A stretch of DNA of 32,000 nucleotides from contig NZ_AP022314.1 of NCBI RefSeq assembly GCF_009936235.1, positions 4,093,735-4,125,734 of the forward strand. The letters are read 5' to 3'. This DNA comes from Mycobacterium xenopi (GTDB lineage Bacteria; Actinomycetota; Actinomycetes; Mycobacteriales; Mycobacteriaceae). The notes below the pieces were generated by a model. That model worked only from the letters and a program-made list of their open reading frames with translations. It had not been told where the DNA came from and searched no databases. Below, piece by piece: positions 1 through 10,521 of the stretch. A program made the position numbers and the translations under genes. How positions within the stretch are numbered: position 1 is the stretch's first letter; the number at the start of each line of letters is the position of its first letter.

Positions 1-264
1 ACGTCGTACGCCTGGGCCAGGGCCCGCGACTCGGGCACCGACCCGCGAGCAGCCGCCCGCCGCCGGTGGGTTTCGGCGAACCACTACCGTGGCGAGCACG
101 AGGAGCCGGCCATCGAAACGGCTTTCGGCAAAAAGGCGCAGCTCGACGTGCTGCTCGGGCCGCCGCGCCCGGGCGAGGAAATGCCCGGTGAGGATACCCG
201 GCTGGGCGCGCTGGCGGCGCGGTTGTGGTCGCCGCTGATTCAGGCGACGCAGGAGCCGGGCTGA
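1..264 (+). CDS. recC: RecC C-terminal end (exodeoxyribonuclease V gamma chain), partial at window edge
   Basis: Frame 1 is open from base 1 and ends ...LGALAARLWSPLIQATQEPG with TGA at 262-264, which overlaps the recB ATG (ATGA). The call rests mainly on position directly upstream of recB-recD. Only 87 codons are visible. Confidence 0.7.
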   Translation, partial: TSYAWARARDSGTDPRAAARRRWVSANHYRGEHEEPAIETAFGKKAQLDVLLGPPRPGEEMPGEDTRLGALAARLWSPLIQATQEPG

Positions 265-3200
265 TGGATCGCTTCGACCTGCTCGGCCCGCTGCCGCGGG
301 ACGGCTCCACCACGGTGCTGGAAGCCAGCGCCGGCACCGGTAAGACGTTTGCCCTGGCCGCGCTGGTCACCCGCTATCTCGCCGAGACCGGCATCACGCT
401 CGACGAAATGCTGCTGATCACGTTCAATCGCAACGCAAGCCGCGAGCTTCGCGAGCGGGTTCGCGGCCAGATCGTCGAAGCCGTGGCGGCGTTGGAGGGT
501 CGCATGCCGGCCGGCGCCGACCTGCTTGGGCAGCTGACACGCGACGACGGCGACGAGCGCCTGGTTCGCCGGGCGCGGCTGCGTGACGCGCTGGCCAACT
601 TCGATGCGGCGACCATCGCCACCACCCACGAGTTCTGCGGCCGGGTACTCAAATCGCTTGGCGTAGCGGGCGACACAGCCGCTGATGTCAAGCTGCAGGA
701 AAACCTCGACGACTTGGTCACCGAAATCGTCGACGACCTCTACCTCGCGCACTTCGGATCAGCGGAAAACGACCCTGTGCTGAGCTACCAGCAGGCGCGT
801 GAGCTGGCTCACTGCGTCGTGAACGACCCGTGCGCGCAGCTTCGCCCCCAGGATCCCGACCCCGAATCGGAGGCCGGCATCCGGCTGCGCTTCGCCGCCG
901 ACGTGACTAGGGAACTCGACCACCGCAAGCGCCGGCTGCGCATCCTTAGCTACAATGACCTGCTGACCGGGCTGGCAAAAGCCCTTGAGGCCCAAGATTC
1001 CCCGGCCCGCGACCGGATGCGGCGGCGCTGGCGCATTGTGCTGGTCGACGAGTTCCAGGACACCGACCTGATCCAGTGGCAGGTGCTCGAGCGCGCATTT
1101 AGCGGGTACGCGACGCTGATCCTGATCGGCGACCCCAAGCAGGCCATCTACGGGTTTCGTGGCGGCGACATCCACACCTACCTCAAAGCGGCCCGCACCG
1201 CCGATGCCCGCTACACGTTGGGCGTCAACTGGCGCAGCGACAAACCGCTCGTCGACAGCCTGCAAACCGTGCTGCAGGGCGCAGCGCTGGGCCACTCCGA
1301 GATCGTCGTGCACGACATCGACGCTCACCACGACGGGCACCGGCTGGCCGGGGCCCCGCACAACGCGCCGTTTCGGCTGCGCGTCGTCAAACGCTCAGCG
1401 CTCGGCTACGACCCGGACACTCTCATCCCGATCGCCCGACTGCGCCAACACATTCCCGCCGATCTGGCCGCCGACATCGCAGACCTGTTGGCCAGCGGCG
1501 CCACCTATGCCGGTCGCCCGGTGCAGCCCGGGCACATCGCGGTGATCGTCAACCGGCACGAAGACGCGCGGGCATGCCGAGATGCTTTGGCCAGCGCGGG
1601 CATTGCGGCGATCTACAGCGGCGACAGCGATGTGTTCGAGTCGCAGGCCGCCAAGGACTGGTTGTGTCTGCTGGAAGCGTTCGACGCGCCGCACCGCAGC
1701 GGGCTGGTCCGCGCCGCCGCGTGCACGTTGTTCTTCGGTGCGACCGCCGAAACCCTGGCCGCCGAGGGTGATGCGCTGACCGATCGGGTGGCCGAAACGC
1801 TGCGCGAGTGGGCGGGTCATGCCCGCCGTCGCGGTGTGGCCGCCGTGTTCGAGGCCGCGCAGCGGGCGGGCATGGGCCGACGCGTGCTCGCCGAGCAGGG
1901 CGGCGAGCGGCACATGACCGACCTGGCGCACATCACGCAGCTGCTGCACCAGACGGCGCACCGGGAGCGCTACAGCATGCCCGCGCTGCGGGATTGGCTG
2001 CGCCGCCAGTGCGATACCCGCGCGCGGGTAACCGAACACAGTCGCCGCTTGGACAGCGACGCCGACGCGGTGCAGATCATGACGGTGTTCGTGGCCAAGG
2101 GATTGCAGTTCCCGATCGTGTACCTGCCGTTCGCGTTCAACCGGAACGCGCGCAGCGACGACATCCTGCTCTATCACGATGACGACACACGCTGCCTCTA
2201 CATCGGCGGCCAAGATCGCAGCGCCGAACGTCAGGCCGCCAAGAGGCTGAACCTGCGTGAGAACGCTCACGACAACCTGCGGGCCACCTATGTCGCGCTC
2301 ACCCGGGCACAATCGCAAGTGGTGACGTGGTGGGCCCCCACCAAAGACGAAGTCAACGGCGGCCTTTCGCGGCTGTTGCGCGGTCGCGGTATCGGCGAGC
2401 CTGAGGTGCCCGACACGTGTGAACCGGGCATCACCGACGACGACGCGTGGGCGGTGTTCAAATGTTGGGAGGCCGCGGGCGGGCCGGCGGTGGAGGAATC
2501 GGTGATCGTCTCCCCTGCCACTGTCGAAACCGGCGGCCCGCCGACCGGTTTCGAGGTGCGGCACTTTCACCGCGCGATCGACACGGGCTGGCGGCGCACC
2601 TCGTATTCGGCGCTGGTGCGTGAGCCGGAATCCGTCGACGTGGCCAGCGAGCCCGAGGCCACGACCCGCGACGACGAGGTGGACAGCGTCGTTGTTACCG
2701 CACCTGCTCCCGGTCTCGACATTGCCTCGCCGCTGGCCGCAATGCCGTCTGGTGCGGCATTCGGGTCGCTGGTGCACGCGGTGCTGGAGACGGCGGACCC
2801 CTCGGCGGCCGATCTTCAGGCCGAGCTCGACGCGCAGGTGCGACGGCATTTGGCGTGGTGGCCGGTCGACGTTGCCGCTGACGAATTGGCCAGTGCGCTG
2901 GTGCCGATGCACGACACGCCGCTGGGACCGCTGGCCGCAGGGTTGACGCTGCGTCAGATCGGCGCCGGAGACCGGTTGCGGGAGTTGGATTTCGAGATGC
3001 CGATGGCCAGCGGCGACCTGCGCGACGCTGCGCCCGAGGTGTGGGTGCGCGACGTGGGCGAGCTGCTGCGGTCACACCTGCCCGCGGGTGATCCGCTCGC
3101 GCCGTATGCTGAGCGGCTGACCTCGGCGCCGCTGGCTCATCAGTCGCTGCGCGGATACTTGACCGGCTCGATCGACGTGGTGCTGCGCATACCCGGCCCG

Positions 3201-3521
3201 CGCTACTTGCTCGCCGACTACAAAACCAACCGCCTGGGCGACACCGCGGCAGATTACAGTGCCGCCCGGCTCGCTGAGGCGATGTTGCACTCCGACTATC
3301 CGCTGCAGGCGCTGCTGTATGTTGTTGTGCTGCATAGGTTTCTGCGGTGGCGCCAGCCCGGCTACGACCCCGGGACCCATCTCGGTGGGGTGTTGTACCT
3401 GTTCGTGCGGGGCATGTGCGGACCCGACACACCCGGGTGCGGCGTGTTCGGGTGGCGGCCGCCGGCCCAGCTGGTGGTGGCGCTTTCCGACCTGCTCGAC
3501 GCCGGGAGACAGGCCGCATGA
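264..3521 (+). CDS. recB: RecB, exodeoxyribonuclease V beta chain (UvrD-type helicase plus PD-(D/E)XK nuclease)
   Basis: 1085 codons from ATG 264. The track ORF starts at 225, but 264 gives stop/start coupling with recC. Helicase motifs: ASAGTGKT (Walker A), VLVDEFQDTD, FVAKGLQFP, YVALTRA. C-terminal nuclease motif GSIDVV...LADYKTN. The stop overlaps the recD start. Confidence 0.93.
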   Translation: MDRFDLLGPLPRDGSTTVLEASAGTGKTFALAALVTRYLAETGITLDEMLLITFNRNASRELRERVRGQIVEAVAALEGRMPAGADLLGQLTRDDGDERLVRRARLRDALANFDAATIATTHEFCGRVLKSLGVAGDTAADVKLQENLDDLVTEIVDDLYLAHFGSAENDPVLSYQQARELAHCVVNDPCAQLRPQDPDPESEAGIRLRFAADVTRELDHRKRRLRILSYNDLLTGLAKALEAQDSPARDRMRRRWRIVLVDEFQDTDLIQWQVLERAFSGYATLILIGDPKQAIYGFRGGDIHTYLKAARTADARYTLGVNWRSDKPLVDSLQTVLQGAALGHSEIVVHDIDAHHDGHRLAGAPHNAPFRLRVVKRSALGYDPDTLIPIARLRQHIPADLAADIADLLASGATYAGRPVQPGHIAVIVNRHEDARACRDALASAGIAAIYSGDSDVFESQAAKDWLCLLEAFDAPHRSGLVRAAACTLFFGATAETLAAEGDALTDRVAETLREWAGHARRRGVAAVFEAAQRAGMGRRVLAEQGGERHMTDLAHITQLLHQTAHRERYSMPALRDWLRRQCDTRARVTEHSRRLDSDADAVQIMTVFVAKGLQFPIVYLPFAFNRNARSDDILLYHDDDTRCLYIGGQDRSAERQAAKRLNLRENAHDNLRATYVALTRAQSQVVTWWAPTKDEVNGGLSRLLRGRGIGEPEVPDTCEPGITDDDAWAVFKCWEAAGGPAVEESVIVSPATVETGGPPTGFEVRHFHRAIDTGWRRTSYSALVREPESVDVASEPEATTRDDEVDSVVVTAPAPGLDIASPLAAMPSGAAFGSLVHAVLETADPSAADLQAELDAQVRRHLAWWPVDVAADELASALVPMHDTPLGPLAAGLTLRQIGAGDRLRELDFEMPMASGDLRDAAPEVWVRDVGELLRSHLPAGDPLAPYAERLTSAPLAHQSLRGYLTGSIDVVLRIPGPRYLLADYKTNRLGDTAADYSAARLAEAMLHSDYPLQALLYVVVLHRFLRWRQPGYDPGTHLGGVLYLFVRGMCGPDTPGCGVFGWRPPAQLVVALSDLLDAGRQAA

Positions 3522-5290
3522 CCGACACCGAAGTCGCTACCGGCCCCACCGGTCTGCTGCACACGTTCAAGCAGGCAGGTGTGCTGGACGTCGCGGATGT
3601 GCATGTGGCGGAACGGATTTGCGCACTCGGCCGGGAGCCGGACGAGCGGGTGGCGCTGGCCGTGGCAGTTTTGGTGCGCGGGCTGCGGGCCGGGTCGGTG
3701 TGCGTCGACCTGGCGGCGGTCGCCTCGACCGCCGACGCTGACGACGTCGCCTGGCCGGAACCCGCTGAGTGGCTGGCGGCGGTGCGGGCTAGCCCGCTGC
3801 TGGGCGAGCCGCCGGTGCTGCGTCTCTACGACGACCGGCTGCACTACCTGGACCGCTACTGGCGGGAGGAAGATCAGGTGTGCACCGACCTGGCGGCGTT
3901 GCTGACCTCGACGCCTGCGGTCGAGCTGCCCGCCCTCGAGCGGCTTTTCCCAGCCGGTTTCGAAGAGCAGCGGCAGGCGGCGAAACTGGCGCTGTCACAA
4001 CAGGTTACGGTGTTGACCGGCGGGCCCGGCACCGGCAAGACCACCACCGTCGCACGGTTGCTCGCGCTGCTGGCCGAGCAGGCCGAAGCCGCTGGGGCGT
4101 CGCGGCCGCGGATCGCGTTGGCGGCACCGACCGGCAAGGCGGCGGCGCGGCTGCAGGAGGCGGTGGCGGTGGAGCTCGACAAGCTCGATGCGGCCGACCG
4201 GGCGCGGCTGGGCGAGCTGCAGGCGATGACGCTGCATCGGCTGCTCGGCTCGAGGCCCCGTACGTCTTCACGGTTCAAACACGATCGCGGGAACCGGTTG
4301 CCGCACGACGTGATTGTGGTCGACGAAACGTCCATGGTGTCGCTGACCTTGATGGCGCGGCTGCTGGAGGCGGTGCGTCCGCAAGCCCGCCTGATCCTGG
4401 TCGGCGACGCCGACCAGCTGGCGTCGGTGGAGGCCGGGGCGGTGCTGGCCGATTTGGTGGACGGGCTGTCGGCGCGCACCGATGTGGAGGTTGCGGCGCT
4501 GCGGACTTCGCACCGATTCGGCGAATCGATCGGGGCGCTGGCCGACGCGATCCGGGTCGGCGACGCCGAGCGTGCCGTGGCGCTGCTGCGGTCGGGCGAC
4601 GAGCATCTCGAGTTCGTCGAGGATCCCGACCCGACCCAGCGACTGCGGACCATCCTGGTGCCGCACGCGCTTCGGTTGCGGGAGGCTGCGACTTTAGGCG
4701 CGGCCGACCAGGCGTTGGCGATCTTGGGTGAGCATCGCTTGTTATGCGCTCACCGCGACGGGCCTCGCGGTGTGCGGTACTGGAACCGCCAAGTCGAGAC
4801 CTGGCTCGCCGAAGAGACGGGTATGCCGACGTGGTCGGACTGGTATGCCGGGCGGCCACTGCTGGTGACGGCCAACGACTATGGGCTGCGTGTCTACAAC
4901 GGCGACACCGGGGTCGCGGTGGCGGGCCCGGATGGGTTGAGGGCCGCGATCTCGGGTGCGAGCGGACCGCTGGACTATGCGACCAGTCGGCTCGGCGACG
5001 TCGAAACCATGCACGCGATGACCATCCACAAATCCCAGGGCAGCCAGGCTGATCAGGTGACCGTGCTGTTGCCCCAAGAGGATTCGCGGCTGCTGACCCG
5101 AGAATTGTTGTATACCGCGGTAACCCGCGCCAAACGCAAGGTGCGGGTGGTCGGCTCGGACGACTCGGTGCGGACGGCAATTCAGCGGCGTGCGCTGCGA
5201 GCCAGCGGGCTAGCCCAGCGGCTGGCCGCGTCGCATGGGATTCATCGCCCCCGAGTAGTGGTTGACAGTCCTGAACAGTTCGGCAAGTAG
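3518..5290 (+). CDS. recD: RecD, exodeoxyribonuclease V alpha chain (SF1 helicase)
   Basis: ATG 3518 overlaps the recB TGA (3519-3521). Motifs: GGPGTGKTTT, VIVVDETSMVS, LVGDADQLASV, MTIHKSQGSQ, LLYTAVTRA. The longer track ORF from 3347 is an out-of-context extension inside recB. Confidence 0.93.
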   Translation: MTDTEVATGPTGLLHTFKQAGVLDVADVHVAERICALGREPDERVALAVAVLVRGLRAGSVCVDLAAVASTADADDVAWPEPAEWLAAVRASPLLGEPPVLRLYDDRLHYLDRYWREEDQVCTDLAALLTSTPAVELPALERLFPAGFEEQRQAAKLALSQQVTVLTGGPGTGKTTTVARLLALLAEQAEAAGASRPRIALAAPTGKAAARLQEAVAVELDKLDAADRARLGELQAMTLHRLLGSRPRTSSRFKHDRGNRLPHDVIVVDETSMVSLTLMARLLEAVRPQARLILVGDADQLASVEAGAVLADLVDGLSARTDVEVAALRTSHRFGESIGALADAIRVGDAERAVALLRSGDEHLEFVEDPDPTQRLRTILVPHALRLREAATLGAADQALAILGEHRLLCAHRDGPRGVRYWNRQVETWLAEETGMPTWSDWYAGRPLLVTANDYGLRVYNGDTGVAVAGPDGLRAAISGASGPLDYATSRLGDVETMHAMTIHKSQGSQADQVTVLLPQEDSRLLTRELLYTAVTRAKRKVRVVGSDDSVRTAIQRRALRASGLAQRLAASHGIHRPRVVVDSPEQFGK

Positions 5291-5346
5291 CCAGGTTCAC
5301 GACCGAACGCAGTTCCCGTTCCGACGTCTGATCGCGCAGCGTCGCC

Positions 5347-5467
5347 ATGCTGCTGAAACGGGCTTACACGCCGACACAACTTGAGCAGATGTTGGCCGAT
5401 ATTCCCGTTCCGGGACAAGCAAATTCGGCTCGTCGACATTGGCGTGGAACTCTGGCTCGGTAAGTGA
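5347..5467 (+). pseudogene. Remnant resembling the C-terminus of a class I SAM-dependent methyltransferase, frameshifted
   Basis: MLLKRAYTPTQLEQMLADIP is followed, after a 1-nt frame change near 5410, by FRDKQIRLVDIGVELWLGK-stop. This resembles methyltransferase C-terminal tails. No N-terminal part is present. Confidence 0.3.
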
Positions 5468-5790
5468 GGCTACACGCGCCAGCCATCCGACGCTGCGCCG
5501 TGAATACCGCAACGCCATTGCGATACGGTGTGACGGTTACCGCCGTCTGCCCCGGCCCGGTGCCAACCGAATTCCAGACGGTCAACGACGCCGACTTCCT
5601 GGTCAGCCGGCTCCCGGCATTCGCCCGAGTTCCCGCCGAGCGGGTAGTCGCCGACGCCCTGAAGGCCGCCGAGCGCGGCCGCGCGACAGTGGTTCCCGGC
5701 GGGCCGCACGTGCGAAGTTTCCTGGCGTCCTCCCGGTTCATCCCGACCCCGCTGGCCTTGCCCGTCGTCACGCGGATGTACAAGCGCTAG
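5464..5790 (+). pseudogene. C-terminal fragment of a short-chain dehydrogenase/reductase (SDR)
   Basis: The translation contains the SDR post-catalytic segment GVTVTAVCPGPVPTEF and a tail. The Rossmann TGxxxGxG region and the catalytic YxxxK region are absent. Only about 100 codons remain. Confidence 0.55.
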
Positions 5791-5819
5791 CCGCGGCGCG
5801 GGAAGTTACCCTGGCCACC

Positions 5820-6113
5820 GTGAGCGAACATCTGCCTGGCGGTGTGGTGCACGAGCTGCCTGCTGACCTGCGTGAGGCGCTGCTCGGCAACTCCGCGGCA
5901 CTCGCCGCCTGGAACGACATAACACCCTTGGCGCGCAACGAGTTTATCTGCTGGGTCGAGGACGCCAAGCAAGAGAAAACCCGACAGCGCCGCATTCGCC
6001 GAACTCAAGAAGAGCTTGAAGAAGGCCAGCGCCGCCCTGCTGCTGGCCAGGCTGCAAGCACCGCGAGCGCACCGGCAGGTGAGCGCGAACCGCGTCAGCT
6101 CTGCGTCCGCTGA
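5820..6113 (+). CDS. YdeI/OmpD-associated (OmdA) family small protein, possibly frameshifted at its 3-prime end
   Basis: From GTG 5820: [73 protein letters not shown]. After the CCC run at 6035-6037 another frame reads [15 protein letters not shown]-stop (6080-6082). See findings. Confidence 0.6.
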   Translation: MSEHLPGGVVHELPADLREALLGNSAALAAWNDITPLARNEFICWVEDAKQEKTRQRRIRRTQEELEEGQRRPAAGQAASTASAPAGEREPRQLCVR

Positions 6114-7042
6114 GCGGAGACGAACAAATTCCGCGGGGCCGTGTCCTCGACTTCCTTGGGGAGTGGGCGGCCATACCCGGCCATCAGCTCGGCCGACGGG
6201 GTCACCGTCACCTGCCAGCCGTGCCTGCGCAGCCAGTCGCCGACGTCACTGCGCTCCTCGAAATACCACAGCTCGTCGGTTCGGGGCACTTCGCGTTGCG
6301 GGTCGACCCGGGCCATCAATTCGCGGACGCGATCCATCCGCTCACGCCGTTTGGCGCGGGCTTCGGGGTCGGCGAAGTTGGGTGCTAGCGCCTCGACGGC
6401 GATCCGGCTGCCGGTGACGGTGAGCCCCTGGACCCGGTCGAACAGCAAATCCTGGGCCGCCGCCGGCAAATACGGCATCAGCCCCTCGGCCGACCATGCG
6501 CTGGGCGCTGAGACGTCGAAACCCGCCTGCCGCAACGCCGTTGGCCAGTCCTGGCGCAGATCCACCGCGACGGCGACCCGGTCGCAGGCCGGCTGCGCGC
6601 CGTGCGCGGCCAAGGTCGAGGATTTGAACTCCAGCACCCGGGGCTGGTCGAGCTCGTAGACCGTGGTGCCGTCGGGCCACGCCAACCGCCAGGACCGGGA
6701 GTCCAGACCCGCCGCCAGGATCACCACCTGGCGGATGCCCGCGGCGGTGGCGTCGAGGAAGAACGTGTCGAAAAACCTTGTCCGCGAAGCGAAATAGTCG
6801 ACCATCGACCGCATCCGCAGCGGCAACTCGGGCTCGGCTTCGACCACCTCGGCGGGCAGTTCGCGAGCCTCATACCAGGTCCACACGCCCTCGCCGACGG
6901 CGTCGAGGAAAACCCGCGCAAACGGATCGCGGATCAGCGGGTCGTCGCTCTCGGTTTCCGCGGCCCGCGCCGCCGCTACGCCCAGCGCGGTTGCGCCCAC
7001 ACTTTCGGTGATTTCCCAGGTGTCGTTCTCGGTTCTCGCCAC
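6095..7042 (-). CDS. Putative S-adenosyl-L-methionine-dependent methyltransferase (multi-copy mycobacterial family)
   Basis: 315 codons from GTG 7042: [27 protein letters not shown]..., [27 protein letters not shown]. This matches the mycobacterial putative O-methyltransferase paralogue family. The 696-aa track ORF (to 8185) is an antisense extension across the DedA gene. Confidence 0.85.
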   Translation of the reverse strand: MARTENDTWEITESVGATALGVAAARAAETESDDPLIRDPFARVFLDAVGEGVWTWYEARELPAEVVEAEPELPLRMRSMVDYFASRTRFFDTFFLDATAAGIRQVVILAAGLDSRSWRLAWPDGTTVYELDQPRVLEFKSSTLAAHGAQPACDRVAVAVDLRQDWPTALRQAGFDVSAPSAWSAEGLMPYLPAAAQDLLFDRVQGLTVTGSRIAVEALAPNFADPEARAKRRERMDRVRELMARVDPQREVPRTDELWYFEERSDVGDWLRRHGWQVTVTPSAELMAGYGRPLPKEVEDTAPRNLFVSAQRTQS

Positions 7043-7075
7043 GTCATCCGACCCTACGGAAGAATCGCGGCCGAC

Positions 7076-7795
7076 ATGAACCACACCTCCCCGGTGGCAT
7101 CCCGTCGACGCCACATCCTGCGGCTGGCGCTCTTCGCCGGCGTGTTGTTCGTGGTGTTTTACCTGGTGGCCGTCAAGCAGGTCATCGACGTCGCGGCGCT
7201 GCGGCGGGCGATCTCGGCGACAGGGCCGGTGGCGCCGCTGGCCTATGTCGTGGTGTCGGCCGGGCTTGGGGCGGTGTTCGTGCCGGGCCCGGTTCTGGCC
7301 GCGGGCAGCGGGTTTCTGTTCGGTCCGCTGCTGGGGATCGCCGTGACATTGGGTGCGACGGTGGGCACCGCGGTGGTTGCGAGTTTCGTCGGCCGTCGGG
7401 CCGGGCGGGACAGCGCGCGGGCTCTGCTGGGCACCCAACACGCCGAACGCCTCGATGCGCTGATCGACCGAGGCGGGCTGTGGGCGGTCGTCGGACAGCG
7501 CTTCGTTCCGGGCATCTCGGATGCGCTCGCCTCCTACGCGTTCGGGGCGTTCGGAGTTCCGTCGTGGCAGATGGCGGTTGGCTCGTTTGTCGGTTCGGTG
7601 CCGCGGGCGTTCGTCTACACCGCGCTGGGCGCTTCGATCGCGGAGCGGTCGAAACCGTTGGCCTACGCGGCGATCGTGGTGTGGTGCGTGACCGCGGTCG
7701 TCGGGGTGGACGCTGCGCGGCGCGGCTACCGGACATGGCGTGCGCATCATCGGCCGGGCAGTGGCCGCCCGGATTCCGATAGCGACGCATGTTGA
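7076..7795 (+). CDS. DedA / TVP38-TMEM64 family integral membrane protein
   Basis: 239 codons from ATG 7076. Several hydrophobic helices, a GSGFLFGP-type motif and [20 protein letters not shown]. It diverges from the methyltransferase gene across only 33 bp. Confidence 0.8.
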   Translation: MNHTSPVASRRRHILRLALFAGVLFVVFYLVAVKQVIDVAALRRAISATGPVAPLAYVVVSAGLGAVFVPGPVLAAGSGFLFGPLLGIAVTLGATVGTAVVASFVGRRAGRDSARALLGTQHAERLDALIDRGGLWAVVGQRFVPGISDALASYAFGAFGVPSWQMAVGSFVGSVPRAFVYTALGASIAERSKPLAYAAIVVWCVTAVVGVDAARRGYRTWRAHHRPGSGRPDSDSDAC

Positions 7796-7898
7796 CCGGA
7801 GTGTCGCGGACGAAACCGCGGCACTCCAGCGCCCAGTCCTCCGACACGCCGCGGTCCGTGGCTTCACGGCCCACCGCGGGCGGCCTAGGGTGGTCGCC

Positions 7899-10433
7899 AT
7901 GGCTAAAACGGTCCAGCCGATGCAGGCCCTCGCGAGGATCCTGACCGAACACGGCCCGCTGCACATCGACGAGATCGGGCAGCGGCTGCGGGAGGCCGGC
8001 GTCGCCGAACCGGATATACCGTCACCGGCGGACATTGAAATGGAATGTCCGGCAAGGGAACTCGTGGACGAGCGATGGGCCTGGCTGTCGGCGGTGCTCG
8101 CGGGCCGCGTGTTTACCCACCGGCTCGGTGCCGACGAGGTGGCCCACGACATGCTTGCTGTGTCGCCGGACCTGGACCCGATCACCTCGCTGTGCGAACA
8201 CGACGAGTATCAGCGGCTCGTCGACGGGTCGGCGGCCCAGGTCGTGCTCGCCGAGTTCGATGACGAGCTGCTCGAGGAGCGCGGCATCCCCGTCGAGGCA
8301 GTCGACCCGGGCGGTGCGCTGCTGCTGGAGCCGCGCACGCTTACGGGGTTGCAGGTGACCGAGGGCGACCTGGTGGGGCTGCGGCTGACCGAACAGGGAC
8401 TCACGATCGAACGCGTCACTGCACCGGTACCGCACGCGGAGGTCGGCGCCCGGCTGGCGGCGGTGCTCGATGACGACGAGCCGCGGCTCTTCGACCAGGT
8501 GGTGTGGACGGCGTGCGTCGAGGATCCGGCGGCATTTACCGAGCCGCTGGCACCGCTGAGCGAGATCGCCGACGACTGCGGCCTGACCCGACGCGGCGAA
8601 TGGCTCGCACCGGCCGGATTCGATTTCGCCCGTTGGGATTTCGAACGCGGCTGCGCGCGGCTGGTGGAACGCCACGACATCGACCCCGACGACGCGTTCG
8701 CGGTATACACGCTGGTGCAACTGCATGAGCAGGTATCGCTGGGGATCGACGCCGCCGAATCGGGCGAGCCGCACGACCAGGCCGCGCCGCGACCCACCGA
8801 CGACCGGCTCTTCCAACTGCTGGGCAAGCTCGGGGCCGCGTTGGCCGACCCGCTGCTGGCAGTGCTGCTGGTGGACGAGACGATCGGCAGCGGTTGCGAG
8901 GGCGCGGCCGGGCTGGCCTTGTTGGCCGCGATGCTGGAGCCGGAGGTGCCACGTCCGGCGCAAGTCGCGTTTCGCTGGCTGCGCGCGGTGGCGCTGGAAC
9001 GGCTCGGCGCCATCGACGCGGCCGAGCGTGAGCTGCTGGCGGCCGAGTCGATGGATCCGGACTGGCCGCTGCCGCTGCTGGACCTGGCCCGCTTTGCCTC
9101 CGATCGCGGCGACGTCGAGCACGGGTTGGGATTGCTGCGCCGCGCTGGCGTCGACGAGGACTACCCGCTGTTCGAGCTGCTGCGGCAGTATCGGGCCGAG
9201 CCGCGAAGCGGGCTCGGCCGCAACGAACCGTGCTGGTGCGGGTCGGGTCGCAAGTACAAGAAATGCCATCTCGGGCGTGAGCGGTTGCCGCTGGCCGAGC
9301 GGGCACGCTGGCTGTATGCGAAGGCCGTCCAGCACGCGCTGCGGAGCGGCTGGAATGACCTGCTGATCACGGTGGGCTACGAGCGCTGCCGGCACGCCGA
9401 CGACGATCCCGACGCGCTGGAGCGGGCGCTGGACGATCCGCTGGTGATCGACGCGGTGCTGTTCGAGGGCGGGGCGTTCGCGGAGTTCCTCGAGATGCGC
9501 GGGTGGCTGCTGCCCGACGACGAACGGCTGCTCGCCGAGCAATGGCTGCTGGTCGAGCGGTCGGTGTTCGACGTCGAACAGGTGCGCCGCGGCCAGGGCG
9601 TCACCCTGCGCGACGTGCGCACCGGCGAGCGGCACGCGGTGCGTGAGCGAACGGCCAGCCGCCAGCTCGAGCCCGGACAGCTGATCTGTACCCGCGTGCT
9701 GCCCGCCGGGGACACCATGCTGATCTTCGGCGGGATCGACCCGGTCGCGCTGCACGAGCGCGATGCGCTGATCGACCTGCTCGACACCCAACCCGACCCG
9801 GTGACATTGGTGGCGTGGCTGAGCCGCCGGTTCGCGCCGCCGACGCTAGTCAACACCGAGGGCGACCCGCTGACCCTCTGCGAGGCCCGCGTTCGGGTGA
9901 GTGACCCAGCCAGGATCCAGGCCGCGCTCGACGACACCTACGACCGGGTCGACGGCGACGGGCCGCAATGGTTCGAGCTCGTCATTACCGATGGCGTGCA
10001 ACGGATTCGGGCCACGCTGGCCTTAGACGGCGACACGCTGCGGGTGGAGACCAACAGCGAGGAACGGATGGAGCGGGTGCTGGCCACGCTGGCCCGCCTC
10101 GACCCGGCGATGAACGTGCTGGACGACGAGCGCCGCCCGATGCGTGACATGCGGCAGGTCGCGCGGTTGGCCGAGGAGCTGCCCGACGCGGACCCGCTTG
10201 AGCCTGCCGATCCCAAAGTGGCTGCGGCCCTTGAGGAATTCATCCGGGACTACGAGACACGCTGGCTCGACGAGCCGATTCCCGCGCTCGACGGCCACAC
10301 CCCGCGGCAGGCCGCCGACGACCCCACCCGGCGCGGCGATCTGATCAAACTCCTGGACGGCTTTCCCGCCGGTCCAGCCGCCGGCGGCGGTATGGATGCC
10401 GACCGGCTGCGCGCGGCGCTCGGGCTGCGGTAG
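7899..10433 (+). CDS. Large SEC-C motif (SecA-type metal-binding) domain protein, otherwise uncharacterised
   Basis: 844 codons from ATG 7899, preceded by AGGGTGG. Internal SEC-C motif [17 protein letters not shown]-terminal [26 protein letters not shown] segment. High GC3 throughout. Confidence 0.8.
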   Translation: MAKTVQPMQALARILTEHGPLHIDEIGQRLREAGVAEPDIPSPADIEMECPARELVDERWAWLSAVLAGRVFTHRLGADEVAHDMLAVSPDLDPITSLCEHDEYQRLVDGSAAQVVLAEFDDELLEERGIPVEAVDPGGALLLEPRTLTGLQVTEGDLVGLRLTEQGLTIERVTAPVPHAEVGARLAAVLDDDEPRLFDQVVWTACVEDPAAFTEPLAPLSEIADDCGLTRRGEWLAPAGFDFARWDFERGCARLVERHDIDPDDAFAVYTLVQLHEQVSLGIDAAESGEPHDQAAPRPTDDRLFQLLGKLGAALADPLLAVLLVDETIGSGCEGAAGLALLAAMLEPEVPRPAQVAFRWLRAVALERLGAIDAAERELLAAESMDPDWPLPLLDLARFASDRGDVEHGLGLLRRAGVDEDYPLFELLRQYRAEPRSGLGRNEPCWCGSGRKYKKCHLGRERLPLAERARWLYAKAVQHALRSGWNDLLITVGYERCRHADDDPDALERALDDPLVIDAVLFEGGAFAEFLEMRGWLLPDDERLLAEQWLLVERSVFDVEQVRRGQGVTLRDVRTGERHAVRERTASRQLEPGQLICTRVLPAGDTMLIFGGIDPVALHERDALIDLLDTQPDPVTLVAWLSRRFAPPTLVNTEGDPLTLCEARVRVSDPARIQAALDDTYDRVDGDGPQWFELVITDGVQRIRATLALDGDTLRVETNSEERMERVLATLARLDPAMNVLDDERRPMRDMRQVARLAEELPDADPLEPADPKVAAALEEFIRDYETRWLDEPIPALDGHTPRQAADDPTRRGDLIKLLDGFPAGPAAGGGMDADRLRAALGLR

Positions 10434-10521
10434 CCGACAGATCGGCGCCCGACGGTGGCGACGTCGCAGCGGTGCAACGACAACCTCGAATGTGGCGGCC
10501 TTGGCGGCGCATCATGGAAGG

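Noticed and set aside
1395-2912. 505-aa ORF on the minus strand inside recB. The same applies to similar long antisense ORFs at 4275-5348, 8022-9791, 15893-16972 and 17169-17903.
   Set aside because: These are shadow ORFs typical of high-GC DNA. They are Arg/Pro/Gly/Ala-rich with no motifs, and they lie fully inside strongly supported genes on the other strand.
7740-7898. Upstream start of the SEC-C protein ORF at 7740, and the 3347 start of the recD ORF.
   Set aside because: These extensions overlap the preceding genes. The downstream ATGs (7899 and 3518) have an SD-like sequence or stop/start coupling.
7043-8185. N-terminal 380 aa of the 696-aa minus-strand track ORF (6095-8185).
   Set aside because: Methyltransferase homology starts at VARTENDTW (GTG 7042). 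The upstream part is Arg/Pro-rich low-complexity sequence running antisense through the DedA gene.
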